Source of the DNA: Candidatus Aegiribacteria sp.
GTDB lineage: Bacteria > Fermentibacterota > Fermentibacteria > Fermentibacterales > JCC-6
Direction: 5' to 3'
Assembly (NCBI GenBank): GCA_021108435.1
Contig: JAIOQY010000209.1
Span: 3,864 to 67,863 of the forward strand
Length of the DNA: 64,000 nt
Part shown: positions 1 to 9,089 of the stretch, piece after piece
Numbering within the stretch: position 1 is the first letter of the stretch
Layout: every line of letters starts with the position of its first letter
Program-made: the position numbers and the translations under genes
Notes under the pieces: generated by a model
Told to the model about the DNA's origin: nothing
Seen by the model: only the letters and a program-made list of their open reading frames with translations
Databases searched by the model: none

Positions 1-1261
1 GTTCACGATCAAGAATATCGGCAGCATCCTGCCATCCGCTAATTCCAAGACCTCTTAAAGCAGCCCTTCGTACCCATGTGCTTTTATCATAAAGGACACT
101 TTGCAGGATTTCACCGGCTTCTCTGCCAAGAACAAATGGAAGAGCAGTAGCCGAAGCGGTTCTCACATGTGCGCTTCTGTCATTCAGCGCATCCTTAAGA
201 GCTTTCGCGGAATCCGGTCCGGCAACATTTCCGAGTGCCCTTGCAGCGCTTTTTCTTAAATGATGATCCGGTTCTTCCTGGAGTATCTCTATCAGACAAC
301 CTGTCATCTTCCTGTCACCCAGAATACCGGCAGACTCAAGGAGTGCTTTTATCTGGACTATATCCGGAGCGCAATTTCCGATCCATGTCCTGAAATCGGA
401 ATAGTCCGGTATGTCATTAGAATTCCTGAGAATACCGGCTACAGTTCCAGGCGGTATTTCCCCCTTTACCCTTTTCTTCTCAAGACCAGCCTTGAAAGTG
501 AGTTCCTCCACTGTACTGCAGCCTTTGCCGGAAACCAGAGATAATGTCAGATCCATTACAGGATAGAACCTGAACTGTCCTGACCTGTCCAGAGTCTCGA
601 TACCTCCCGCAGCGTGATCCTTCCCGTTATAGAACCCACCCGCTCTGCTGTTGAATATTTTCACAGCACGACGGACAGAAATGACGAAGTTTTCACCTTC
701 TCCTATACAGATAAAATCATCGCCGCCGATGTGTCCCGTAAAGTAGCCCGAGAGATTATCAGTCAGAATACCGGCAAGTGATCGGAGTACAGCGTCACCT
801 CTTGTAAAGCCATAGTAATCATTGAACGGTTTGAATCCGGAAATATCAAGGTATGCCGCCATCGATGACCTATCAATAACATCTGATCTTATCCTTGCGG
901 CTATCGTCCTGTTTCCGGGAAGACCGGAGAGGGGATTCCGTGTACTTGCGGCCTCCAGCAGACGGGAGTAATTTTCAAGCATCGCGACTATTACATCAGG
1001 AGGTGTATCAGTCGGTATGAATCCGGTAGCTCCGGCATCAAACCATGATTGAGCGTCATCTCCGGGCGTGAACACAAACCAGGGAATGTCATCACCGTAC
1101 AGCTTCTTTATATGATCCGCAGCTTCAGAAGGATTGTATCTGCCTGAAACCAGAACAGCGGAAAACTGTTGATTATCAGTTTGGTCATCAATCACTGCTC
1201 CCTTAAACGGCGGATCATCATCACCAATCCAGAGAAATTTACCTTGCGACTGCTTTTCCAT
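1..1261 (-). CDS. GGDEF-family (motif GGDDF) domain protein with N-terminal receiver-like region and C-terminal HEAT-like repeats; 3' end runs off the window
   Basis: Manual reverse-complement translation from ATG at 1261: MEKQSQGKFLWIGDDD...RNPLSGLPGNRTIAARI...DISGFKPFNDYYGFTRGDAVL...GHIGGDDFICIGEGE, then repeated A-L-R-x-LG / A-x-x-AL HEAT/PBS-lyase-like repeats. Not in the ORF track because it is truncated. The start overlaps the stop of the downstream CNNM gene by 23 nt. Confidence 0.6.
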   Translation of the reverse strand, partial: MEKQSQGKFLWIGDDDPPFKGAVIDDQTDNQQFSAVLVSGRYNPSEAADHIKKLYGDDIPWFVFTPGDDAQSWFDAGATGFIPTDTPPDVIVAMLENYSRLLEAASTRNPLSGLPGNRTIAARIRSDVIDRSSMAAYLDISGFKPFNDYYGFTRGDAVLRSLAGILTDNLSGYFTGHIGGDDFICIGEGENFVISVRRAVKIFNSRAGGFYNGKDHAAGGIETLDRSGQFRFYPVMDLTLSLVSGKGCSTVEELTFKAGLEKKRVKGEIPPGTVAGILRNSNDIPDYSDFRTWIGNCAPDIVQIKALLESAGILGDRKMTGCLIEILQEEPDHHLRKSAARALGNVAGPDSAKALKDALNDRSAHVRTASATALPFVLGREAGEILQSVLYDKSTWVRRAALRGLGISGWQDAADILDRE

Positions 1262-2231
1262 CAATCCATTCAATTCTCCGGGCGATTTCTGTTTCCGAAG
1301 TGGATCGTACTTCTTTGCCCAGCAGCGAATCAACGATATCATCTAGAATGGCAATTCCAACAGGCTGACCGGTATTTCCAAGCACTATTCCGGCTGGAGC
1401 AGCTGCTTTCCCAAGCCCTGTGATCACGCTTATCAGATCATCGCTAAGTTCAAAATATGGTAATCCTTTAATACCCGTATCGTCAAGTGTTTCCCCGGAT
1501 CCTATTATCGAAGCTCTATCGGCATAACCGCGGATAGTCTCGCCATCCTTCTCCCGAACCAGTACAAATGGATACCCGATATCAATGAGTTTCTCCAGGA
1601 TATCTCTCCGGGAAGCTCCTGTACAGGTGTAAGGTACTCTATTGAGGGTTCTCATCACATTACCTATAATGGTGTCGTTCATTCTGAGAACTCTCTCGGC
1701 AATTGGTCCGGCTTCAGAGGATGAATCGGTAAGAAGACCAAGAATCTCACTCTTGCTTTCGAAAAGGCGGGAATCAATCCTTCTTCCGACAATCAGAGTT
1801 GAAAGAAAATCGGCGATAAGAATAACAGGGAAAAGAATCAACCGGAGCATAAAAAGTGGAAATGAGAGTCTGAAGACCACTCGCTCTTTCGATATCAGCA
1901 TCATCTGTTTCGGTATCATTTCCGTGAAAATCAGAATAAAGAAAACCAGTACAGCAACTGAGAGAGGCTCGAGCCATGAAATACCGGTATTCCCGGTAAC
2001 CCTTGAAGTAATAGCAGACGCCAGAACCATCCCCACGTTCGTACCAACCAGAGTCGTAGTAAGATATTTCCGGGGATGTTCTATGAAGGAAAGAGTTAAT
2101 CCTGCCCACTTCTTGCCCTCTCTCATGCGGCTGTAGGCTCTTATTCTGCTTGCTGCTGAGAACGCTGTCTCACTTCCGCTGCAAAAGGCGTTAAGTACAA
2201 GAGCAGCCAGAAACAGAATAATCATCAACAT
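1239..2231 (-). CDS. CNNM/DUF21 + CBS-pair domain protein (CorC/HlyC/TlyC family putative divalent-cation transport protein)
   Basis: N-terminus MLMIILFLAALVLNAFCSGSETAF matches the DUF21 consensus, followed by a CBS pair. 330 aa. Confidence 0.75.
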   Translation of the reverse strand: MLMIILFLAALVLNAFCSGSETAFSAASRIRAYSRMREGKKWAGLTLSFIEHPRKYLTTTLVGTNVGMVLASAITSRVTGNTGISWLEPLSVAVLVFFILIFTEMIPKQMMLISKERVVFRLSFPLFMLRLILFPVILIADFLSTLIVGRRIDSRLFESKSEILGLLTDSSSEAGPIAERVLRMNDTIIGNVMRTLNRVPYTCTGASRRDILEKLIDIGYPFVLVREKDGETIRGYADRASIIGSGETLDDTGIKGLPYFELSDDLISVITGLGKAAAPAGIVLGNTGQPVGIAILDDIVDSLLGKEVRSTSETEIARRIEWIDGKAVAR

Positions 2232-3451
2232 TGAGTACTCCTGCTGCTATCAGACCTGACTTCCAGGCGCTCAAGTCTTGGACCGTTCTTTGATACGATT
2301 CTGAACAGATAGCCCGACGCAGATATCTCCTCTCCCGCCTCAGGAATTCTTCCGGTAACCTCCATAAGCAACCCGGCGCAAGTTTCAGCCCGTTCTGCAC
2401 GTATGTCATTTCGCACGAGTTCAGAAAAAGTGATCAGTTTCATAGATGCGGGAATTTCCATCCACCCGTCTTTAACCGTAACTCCATCCGGAAGGAATCC
2501 TCTTTCTTTAGCAGGACTGAGCAATATACTGTCAATGATATCACGTGTTGTAATAAAACCTGTCCAGTCGCCGTACTCATCAAAAACGATACCCGCTTCC
2601 TCGTCGGAATCCCTCAAACCCCTCAGAACTGTTTCAAGCCGGGCATTTTCAGGAAAGGATGGCAGAGGGTACAGTGTAAGGGGGGCTTCTTTATCTGACA
2701 GCAGATACTCTCTTGAATCAATATAACCAAGTACCTTTTCAATCTGACCATCCAGTACAGGATACCTTGTGTATCCGGTACTCTCCATGATTTCAGTGAA
2801 CCTGCAGCGGGTCCATCCTGTTCGAAGAACAGCTACATCCGATCGCGGTTTCATTACATGAGTACACTGAGATTCCTCGAGTGTCAGAAGATTCAGTGTA
2901 GCACCCGCTTCCCGACCGAGCAATCCCTCTGATTGCCCCAGTTCAACAAGCGCTATGATCTCCTCATGTGAAAGAGTTTCTCCGTGATGCCCTATTCCTG
3001 CCAGGTGTGATATGTATTTCGACATTCGCGAAAGAGTTGAAGCAACAGGAGCGCATAATTTAAGATAGGCAAGCATTACCGCAGAACTTCTTGAAGCCCA
3101 TTTCCCCGCATGTGAGACAGCAAGTGTTTTGGGCGATATTTCACCAAATACAAGCAGAAGAAAAGTCATCAGAGTAACGGACAGCGCCAGACTCAGACCT
3201 GTATTATTCGGAAAAAGGTCAGCGACAATGGATACGGCAAGCGCTGATGCAATGACATTCACAACTGTGTTTCCGAAAAGTAAAGAGGATAGAAGTTTCT
3301 CCGGGGTGGAGAGCATATGTATCACTCTTCTGCCCGATTCGGTTTTTCGAAGTCTTCTTTTCTGGAGCCTGTCAAGACTGAAACAGGCTGTCTCGGTCCC
3401 GCTGAAAAATGCGGATAGAATAAGGAGTATTACAAGAAAAGCGTATCTCAG
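2225..3451 (-). CDS. CNNM/DUF21 + CBS + CorC_HlyC-like C-terminal domain protein, paralog of the adjacent gene; probable CUG start
   Basis: The ORF track starts at GTG 3325 (MIHMLSTPEK), but the in-frame upstream 42 codons encode (L)RYAFLVILLILSAFFSGTETACFSLDRLQKRRL, which is the conserved DUF21 N-terminus (compare the paralog's NAFCSGSETAF). No ATG/GTG/TTG lies in frame between the upstream TGA and 3325. CTG at 3451-3449 sits 3-11 nt downstream of AGGGAGGGGGAGAGG and overlaps the NHL gene stop (CTGA). Confidence 0.7.
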   Translation of the reverse strand: MRYAFLVILLILSAFFSGTETACFSLDRLQKRRLRKTESGRRVIHMLSTPEKLLSSLLFGNTVVNVIASALAVSIVADLFPNNTGLSLALSVTLMTFLLLVFGEISPKTLAVSHAGKWASRSSAVMLAYLKLCAPVASTLSRMSKYISHLAGIGHHGETLSHEEIIALVELGQSEGLLGREAGATLNLLTLEESQCTHVMKPRSDVAVLRTGWTRCRFTEIMESTGYTRYPVLDGQIEKVLGYIDSREYLLSDKEAPLTLYPLPSFPENARLETVLRGLRDSDEEAGIVFDEYGDWTGFITTRDIIDSILLSPAKERGFLPDGVTVKDGWMEIPASMKLITFSELVRNDIRAERAETCAGLLMEVTGRIPEAGEEISASGYLFRIVSKNGPRLERLEVRSDSSRSTQC

Positions 3452-4746
3452 GTGCCTCTCCCCCTCCCTGTTGCTGCTTCCGGAAGAGAATCCAGCATGA
3501 AATCTTCAAGAACTGTCTTGCTGAAATAACCCTTGCTTGAATAGGTAGGCTGCAGAACAAGCTCCAGACTGAATTCCCCGCCCTCAACAGGTATTCCTCT
3601 CGAGTTGCAGCCATCCCACTGGAGATGGAGTTGTCCGGCGGCATGCCTGCCTTCGAAAATACGACGTATCTGTGAACCATCAGAGCTGGTGATAATCGCG
3701 TCCAGAATGGCTTTCTCCGTGAGAATTCCGTTCAGCTGCAAACCTCTTCCGGTTGATTCTATTGTAAGGTCAATCAGATCAGCGCCTATCCAGAAATACC
3801 TTGCACCCTCTCTCTCGGCAACGAACATCTGGCCAAAACGCTTCCATATGGCCAGACCTGTTGGATTTGTGAATTCCCTGTCACCGTGCCCCTCGGAACC
3901 AAAACTGACAAGGTACTCAAGGTCAGGAGTAAACTTGTGAATCGTACTGTAGAGGCTATCTGTAACCCAGACGTTCCCCCAGAAATCAAAGGCGGGATAA
4001 TTGAAAACCCCTCCCCTGCAATCATCAATATCAGCTGATTCAACAATTATACCATTCTCGATTTTTACGAGTGTTGAGCCCTCATCTGTTACTGCGACAA
4101 TGCTGTTTTCATCGTTATGGAACCAGGTTTCCATTCCTACAGCGCAGACACCACCAGGAGTGCTGAGTTCAATCACAGCGGGAAGTGAATCCGCAACAGA
4201 AGAATAGATGGACAGCGCATTTCCTGCACGATCAGTTATGTAAATCCTTCCACTGCCGTCAATCGCAACATCCCAGGGTTCGGTGAAGGAACCGGGGATG
4301 TGTCCGTCGGGAATCAGTCTGGATCCATTCCTCCGAAGTATCATCACCCGTTGGTTACCTGTGTCAGCCACCAGAACCATGCCTGATGGGTCCGCAGCTA
4401 TCCCGTGAGGCTTTCGAAGTTCGTCTTCATCCGAACCTGTACCACCATACAGACCAAGTGTGTACATATCGGCATTATAGATGATATGTCCGGTCCCGGA
4501 ATTCACCCCGTATACTGCCAGCTCATCATCGTCCGAAGTCCCCGGATCATCCCAGTCTTCGAGTTTCACACATGCGAGTCCCTGTGGATCATCAAATCTG
4601 ACGAGACCTCCAAGCAGAATCGCAAGCTGTGCCGTTCCTGCCCTGTATATGCCCATGCAGTGACCAAATGGAGGATAAACAAGAGTCGTAGGAACAGCAG
4701 GATCAACGAAGTAATTCAGCAGGAATAACATAATAAGAGCAGTCAT
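3448..4746 (-). CDS. secreted NHL-repeat beta-propeller protein
   Basis: Signal-peptide-like N-terminus. Repeated NHL motifs: RKPHGIAADPSGMVLVADTGNQRV, EPWDVAIDGSGRIYITDRAGN, TNPTGLAIW...FVAEREG. Confidence 0.7.
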   Translation of the reverse strand: MTALIMLFLLNYFVDPAVPTTLVYPPFGHCMGIYRAGTAQLAILLGGLVRFDDPQGLACVKLEDWDDPGTSDDDELAVYGVNSGTGHIIYNADMYTLGLYGGTGSDEDELRKPHGIAADPSGMVLVADTGNQRVMILRRNGSRLIPDGHIPGSFTEPWDVAIDGSGRIYITDRAGNALSIYSSVADSLPAVIELSTPGGVCAVGMETWFHNDENSIVAVTDEGSTLVKIENGIIVESADIDDCRGGVFNYPAFDFWGNVWVTDSLYSTIHKFTPDLEYLVSFGSEGHGDREFTNPTGLAIWKRFGQMFVAEREGARYFWIGADLIDLTIESTGRGLQLNGILTEKAILDAIITSSDGSQIRRIFEGRHAAGQLHLQWDGCNSRGIPVEGGEFSLELVLQPTYSSKGYFSKTVLEDFMLDSLPEAATGRGRGT

Positions 4747-6962
4747 TTTTCAAGCCTTTCGTAAATCCAGGCGGATCTCAATACTTTCTTTACATACATT
4801 CGGGTCTCCCTATACGTTATCTGCTCAATATAGAGTTCAGGGTCTCCAGGGTTCCATCCGTGCATGTTAACCCATCTTGCGGAATTCTCAGGACCAGCAT
4901 TGTATGCGGCAAGGAAAAGAGGAATATCATTGTTGAATCTGCTTCGCTGCCTGTCAATGTACAACGCTCCGTACGGAACGGAAATAACAGGATCAAAGAA
5001 CTCATCCTCCTCAAGTCGCGGCAGACCGTACCATCTGGAGACATCATATGCAGTTCCAGGCATGAGCTGTATGACTCCACGCGCTCCCGCTCTGGAGATT
5101 ACCAATCTGTTAAAGTAGCTCTCTTCTCTCATAATACCCTGCAGCATACTGGCTTCAAGGACAAGTGTATCCGTAGACATCTGAGCAAGATCCTTATACG
5201 GAGAGGGGAAATAGAAGCACAGCAGTGAATCCGGCAGTATTGAATGAGCCGATTCCCGGAACCCCACATCAAGCACTCGAAGCATATTCAATGCACTTCC
5301 GTGCCTGCCCATGAGCGAAAGCGCGATTGCCCTCCTCTCAGGTGAACCCGCTGATCCTCCTTCCAGCATTTCCACTGCTGCTACCCCATAGCCTTCCGAT
5401 GTGAGTTCGACAGCAAGGGAACACGCAGTATCCTCCAGTAGCCTTATCTCAGGAGCAGGAAATTCTTCTGATGCAGTAATTCCAAGTCTTCTCGCGGCAA
5501 GCATTCCGTAGAATTCCCAGAGGTGCTGTTGAGCAACCAGGTAGAGGAGAGAATCCTGCAGGTGAGTAAGACCTGATTCGCCCGCAAGACGAGCTCTCCA
5601 GAAGAGCATTTCATCTCTCCAGTAACCGGATGTCCATCGTGCGCATCCAGCCTCCCACAGGGAATCGGCTTGAGCAGTTCTTCCGGACATGTACAATGAA
5701 AAACCACCCCGCCAGTGCGCCCTCTCATCACCATCCCATGAACCGGATGTTTTCAGTGATATCAGATAGGCTTCAGCTGCATCAGCCCATTCCTGTTCAC
5801 AATCGAAATATTTGCCTGCATTGTAGGCGGCTTCTCTGGCTTCCGGATGCCAGGGATATTCAGAAGCGAAGATGAGATATTCCGGAAAGCAGACACTGCC
5901 CCCTCTGCCGACGGCTTTCAGAGCATGCGCTCTGAACAGTGCAGCTCTTGCTTTCAGTGAATCCGGCACACCCTCGCTGAAGGAATCACAGAGTCCGATC
6001 AGATCATCATATCTATGTTCATCAAGCAGAAGAGCCATTTCCGCTCCTGCTCTATAAAAGAAGTCACCGTTTTCAGCATATGCAAGCGCAAGTTCAGCTT
6101 CACCCTGAGCTATAAGGCAGTCAACTATTTGCCAGGATGGAACATAATTCCCGGCAAACCGCTCCAGAATTTCGTTAGTCGCGATTACGCACGCCTCTCC
6201 TCCGGTACGCTGAATATCAGACCAGTATTCAAATGACTCGCAACCCTCAAACGCCAATCTTGAAAGTAAAAGCGGCTCAGCAGTTACCGTCTCGTTGTTA
6301 ACTGTATACAGAACCTCATCCCACCAGGCTCCAGCAGTATCACTGGAAACCTCGAGTTCCCTCAGAACAACAGACTTGACCGAGGGGAAAAGATCAGCGA
6401 CTGAAGCAGCCATTTGAATTTCGAATGGAGACATCGATCCAGGAGCAGCAGTCATTGCCATTGAGAATATTTCTCCCTGTCCGCCGGGAATGGGAAGAAT
6501 ACAATCTTCATGCAGAGAATCGATTTCGCATATAAGCCATGCTTCAAGCAGGGGATCATCAGGCGGCAGATATATCAGAGCTTCTGCTGGCAGTCCGGCA
6601 AGATCCAGCGCTGATACCTTCCAGCCGTATAGATTACCGTAACCTTCGGATTCAAGGCTTTCCAGGAGATCAATGTAATCGCACTCCATGGCTCTTCCGT
6701 GGTAGAGTCCCAGCATCCTGAAAAGGGTTTCGTCCAGAAGAGAGGAATCTGTTCTGAGAATGGAAAGCAGTGAATCACGAACCTGGACGAACCCTCCTGC
6801 CAGATACAGAGAGTCAACTTCCTTGAATACCACGGGCCGTATTTCCTCTTCTGTCTGCGGCGGCGGCAGTTCCTCCTCGTATACATGTTGACAGGAGAGC
6901 GGCAATAATATCATCAGAATAAACATCAGGTATTTCAATTCAGTATCTCCGAGTACAGCCAT
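4743..6962 (-). CDS. soluble lytic murein transglycosylase (Slt70-like: superhelical N-domain + SLT catalytic domain)
   Basis: C-terminal SLT motifs ...ESYFNRLVISRAGARGVIQLMPGTA...AAYNAGPENSARW. 739 aa with a signal peptide. Confidence 0.75.
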   Translation of the reverse strand: MAVLGDTELKYLMFILMILLPLSCQHVYEEELPPPQTEEEIRPVVFKEVDSLYLAGGFVQVRDSLLSILRTDSSLLDETLFRMLGLYHGRAMECDYIDLLESLESEGYGNLYGWKVSALDLAGLPAEALIYLPPDDPLLEAWLICEIDSLHEDCILPIPGGQGEIFSMAMTAAPGSMSPFEIQMAASVADLFPSVKSVVLRELEVSSDTAGAWWDEVLYTVNNETVTAEPLLLSRLAFEGCESFEYWSDIQRTGGEACVIATNEILERFAGNYVPSWQIVDCLIAQGEAELALAYAENGDFFYRAGAEMALLLDEHRYDDLIGLCDSFSEGVPDSLKARAALFRAHALKAVGRGGSVCFPEYLIFASEYPWHPEAREAAYNAGKYFDCEQEWADAAEAYLISLKTSGSWDGDERAHWRGGFSLYMSGRTAQADSLWEAGCARWTSGYWRDEMLFWRARLAGESGLTHLQDSLLYLVAQQHLWEFYGMLAARRLGITASEEFPAPEIRLLEDTACSLAVELTSEGYGVAAVEMLEGGSAGSPERRAIALSLMGRHGSALNMLRVLDVGFRESAHSILPDSLLCFYFPSPYKDLAQMSTDTLVLEASMLQGIMREESYFNRLVISRAGARGVIQLMPGTAYDVSRWYGLPRLEEDEFFDPVISVPYGALYIDRQRSRFNNDIPLFLAAYNAGPENSARWVNMHGWNPGDPELYIEQITYRETRMYVKKVLRSAWIYERLEK

Positions 6963-9079
6963 GCGTTTGCAAGCACATGTTTCACGTATCCTCTTGTTTC
7001 AGTAAAAGGTATCTGTTCAATAAACAATTCGGGATCGGATGAATCAAGGGGAAACGCTTCCATCCATTTTGCAGCGTTCCCCGGTCCCGCATTGTAGGCT
7101 GCAAGCGCAAGAACTGATGATCCATTAAAAGCTGAATTCTGCCTCGCCAGATAAAGAGAACCGTACAGTATGGAGTTTTCCGGTATATAGAAATCATTCC
7201 CGGACAGAACGGGAAGACCATACCATCTGGCGATATCACCCGCTGTTCCCGGCATCAGCTGTATCAAACCTTTTGCTCCAATCCAGGATCTGGCCAGTCT
7301 GTTGAAATAGCTTTCCTGACGCATTAGTCCGGTTACAATGAATGGATCGATATTCATGCTGGATACAGTACTCTCAGTCAGTTGCCGGTAAGGAGCCGGG
7401 TAATAGAAACACAGCAGAGTATCAGGCAGCATACCGACTCCGGTACTCCGAAGCTCCCTGTCATATCTTCTAAGAAGCGCCAGACATTCGTGATGTTCAC
7501 CCATAAGGGAAAGAGCAGCGGCTCTGAGTCCGATATCACATGCTTCGGTCGTGTACAACATCGATGAGGCCATTGCCCCGTATCCATCCTTCATCATCTC
7601 TACTGCAAGCGATGTAACCGGATTGTCAGACAGATCCAGGAGTGGATACTCGATCTTATCTATACTGCCCCCTGTTCTCTCGGACGCCAGCAGTCCATAA
7701 AACTCCCAGGAGTGTTCCTGCGCAGTTTCAAGCAGCAATGCATTCTCCAGAGTTGTATTACCTGTTCTGTTCGCATATCTTGCTCTCCAAAAAAGCATTT
7801 CATCGCACCATGCGGAGAAAGGATACGCACGGATACCTTCAACCCATATTGAATCTCCGATATTCCCCCTGCCGCACATGTAATGACAGAATCCGCCGCG
7901 CCAGTAAGCAAGGGCACCGCCGTAATTCCCGGCTGAAAGGGACTCCATGTACGCACTCGCTGCAGCTGGCCAGTTCCTCTCAGAATCGTAATACTTCGCT
8001 GTCAGATAAGCCGCTTCAGAAGCAGTTGGATGCCACGGATACCCTTCAGCGAATTCGTGATAGCTGCTGTAATATTCACTGGCCGGTCTCTTCAATGCCC
8101 TCAGCGCTCGTGCTCGAAAAAGGGCCGCTCTTGCATGAAGTGAATCGGGGGAATCATCAGCAATAGAATCACAGAAGGCCAGCAGATCTGTAAAGCGGGA
8201 TGTCTCTCTGAGTATGGACATGGTCATACCTGCAAAAAAAACCGGATCATTCGAAATAGCAGCAAGGCTTTCAGCTGTGCTGATGTAACCTTCCTCCACG
8301 AGAGCATCGGTTATTCTCCAGGATTGTGACCATTTTTCCTTATCCAGGCCTATCAGCATCATAGCTGCGATAGCGGATATTTCTCCGCCACAGTCAAGTC
8401 TTTCCTCCCACAATTCAACCGTACCGGAGAAGAGAAATCTTTCCCTTTTTGCCTGGAGGAGTTCGAACCTGTCATTCTCATGAAGGGCGGCAAGGTCAAA
8501 CGCGACTTCATCCCACCAGGAACCTGCAGTTTCGAGTGTGATCTCAAGTTCATCGCACACCTCCTCAACAAGGAAGGGAAGTATGCGTGAATCATCAACC
8601 GTCTGGTCAATCTGTCCCTTGTTCATCCGGCCTTCCTGGCAGATCATCGAGCGGATTGCCCTTTCAGCTATATTCTCCGGTGCTGGAAGTGTGCCGGAAA
8701 CAGGCCTTTCATCTGAATCCCTGGTCAGCCAGAATCGCAGAAGAATATCGTTTTCCGAAACAATCAGTAAAGCTTCCTCCTGTCTGCAGGAAAGATCAAG
8801 AAGGGATATTTTCCACCCTGACAGATCAATACTCCGGGCGCGTTCGATACTGTCCAGAAGCAGAATGCATTCATCGAACCGTCCGGTGGCATGATAAATC
8901 CCGGTGAGCCTGAACAGCAGCTGGTCACTATCGATGTCACTTTCCCTCAGAAGTTCAAGTAATTCAGAAACCGCAAGGTTGTTCCTTCCTGTCAGAACAA
9001 GGGAATCAATCGTTTCGAGTGGGTATCCGGACACAGAACAGACACAAATCAGTGAAGCGACCAGCAGGAGGATTTTCAT
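6935..9079 (-). CDS. soluble lytic murein transglycosylase paralog (Slt-like)
   Basis: ESYFNRLARSWIGAKGLIQLMPGTAGD...AAYNAGPGNAAKW. Same architecture as the previous gene. 714 aa. Confidence 0.75.
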   Translation of the reverse strand: MKILLLVASLICVCSVSGYPLETIDSLVLTGRNNLAVSELLELLRESDIDSDQLLFRLTGIYHATGRFDECILLLDSIERARSIDLSGWKISLLDLSCRQEEALLIVSENDILLRFWLTRDSDERPVSGTLPAPENIAERAIRSMICQEGRMNKGQIDQTVDDSRILPFLVEEVCDELEITLETAGSWWDEVAFDLAALHENDRFELLQAKRERFLFSGTVELWEERLDCGGEISAIAAMMLIGLDKEKWSQSWRITDALVEEGYISTAESLAAISNDPVFFAGMTMSILRETSRFTDLLAFCDSIADDSPDSLHARAALFRARALRALKRPASEYYSSYHEFAEGYPWHPTASEAAYLTAKYYDSERNWPAAASAYMESLSAGNYGGALAYWRGGFCHYMCGRGNIGDSIWVEGIRAYPFSAWCDEMLFWRARYANRTGNTTLENALLLETAQEHSWEFYGLLASERTGGSIDKIEYPLLDLSDNPVTSLAVEMMKDGYGAMASSMLYTTEACDIGLRAAALSLMGEHHECLALLRRYDRELRSTGVGMLPDTLLCFYYPAPYRQLTESTVSSMNIDPFIVTGLMRQESYFNRLARSWIGAKGLIQLMPGTAGDIARWYGLPVLSGNDFYIPENSILYGSLYLARQNSAFNGSSVLALAAYNAGPGNAAKWMEAFPLDSSDPELFIEQIPFTETRGYVKHVLANAWLYSEILN

Positions 9080-9089
9080 GCAACTCCCG

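Noticed and set aside
260-544. Plus-strand 94-aa ORF, and many similar 60-170-aa ORFs in the track that lie antisense to or inside large genes (e.g. 1169-1423, 1642-2136, 3129-3500, 7642-8166, 21616-22086, 47164-47499)
   Set aside because: They are fully embedded in, or antisense to, long ORFs with clear family signatures. They have no RBS or motifs and show the composition of shadow ORFs.
3448-3451. Alternative genetic code (UGA read-through) as an explanation for the missing start codons upstream of the CNNM and yihY genes
   Set aside because: TGA clearly terminates many well-defined genes here (e.g. the kinase before rnr and the NHL gene). The standard code gives full-length orthologous proteins throughout.
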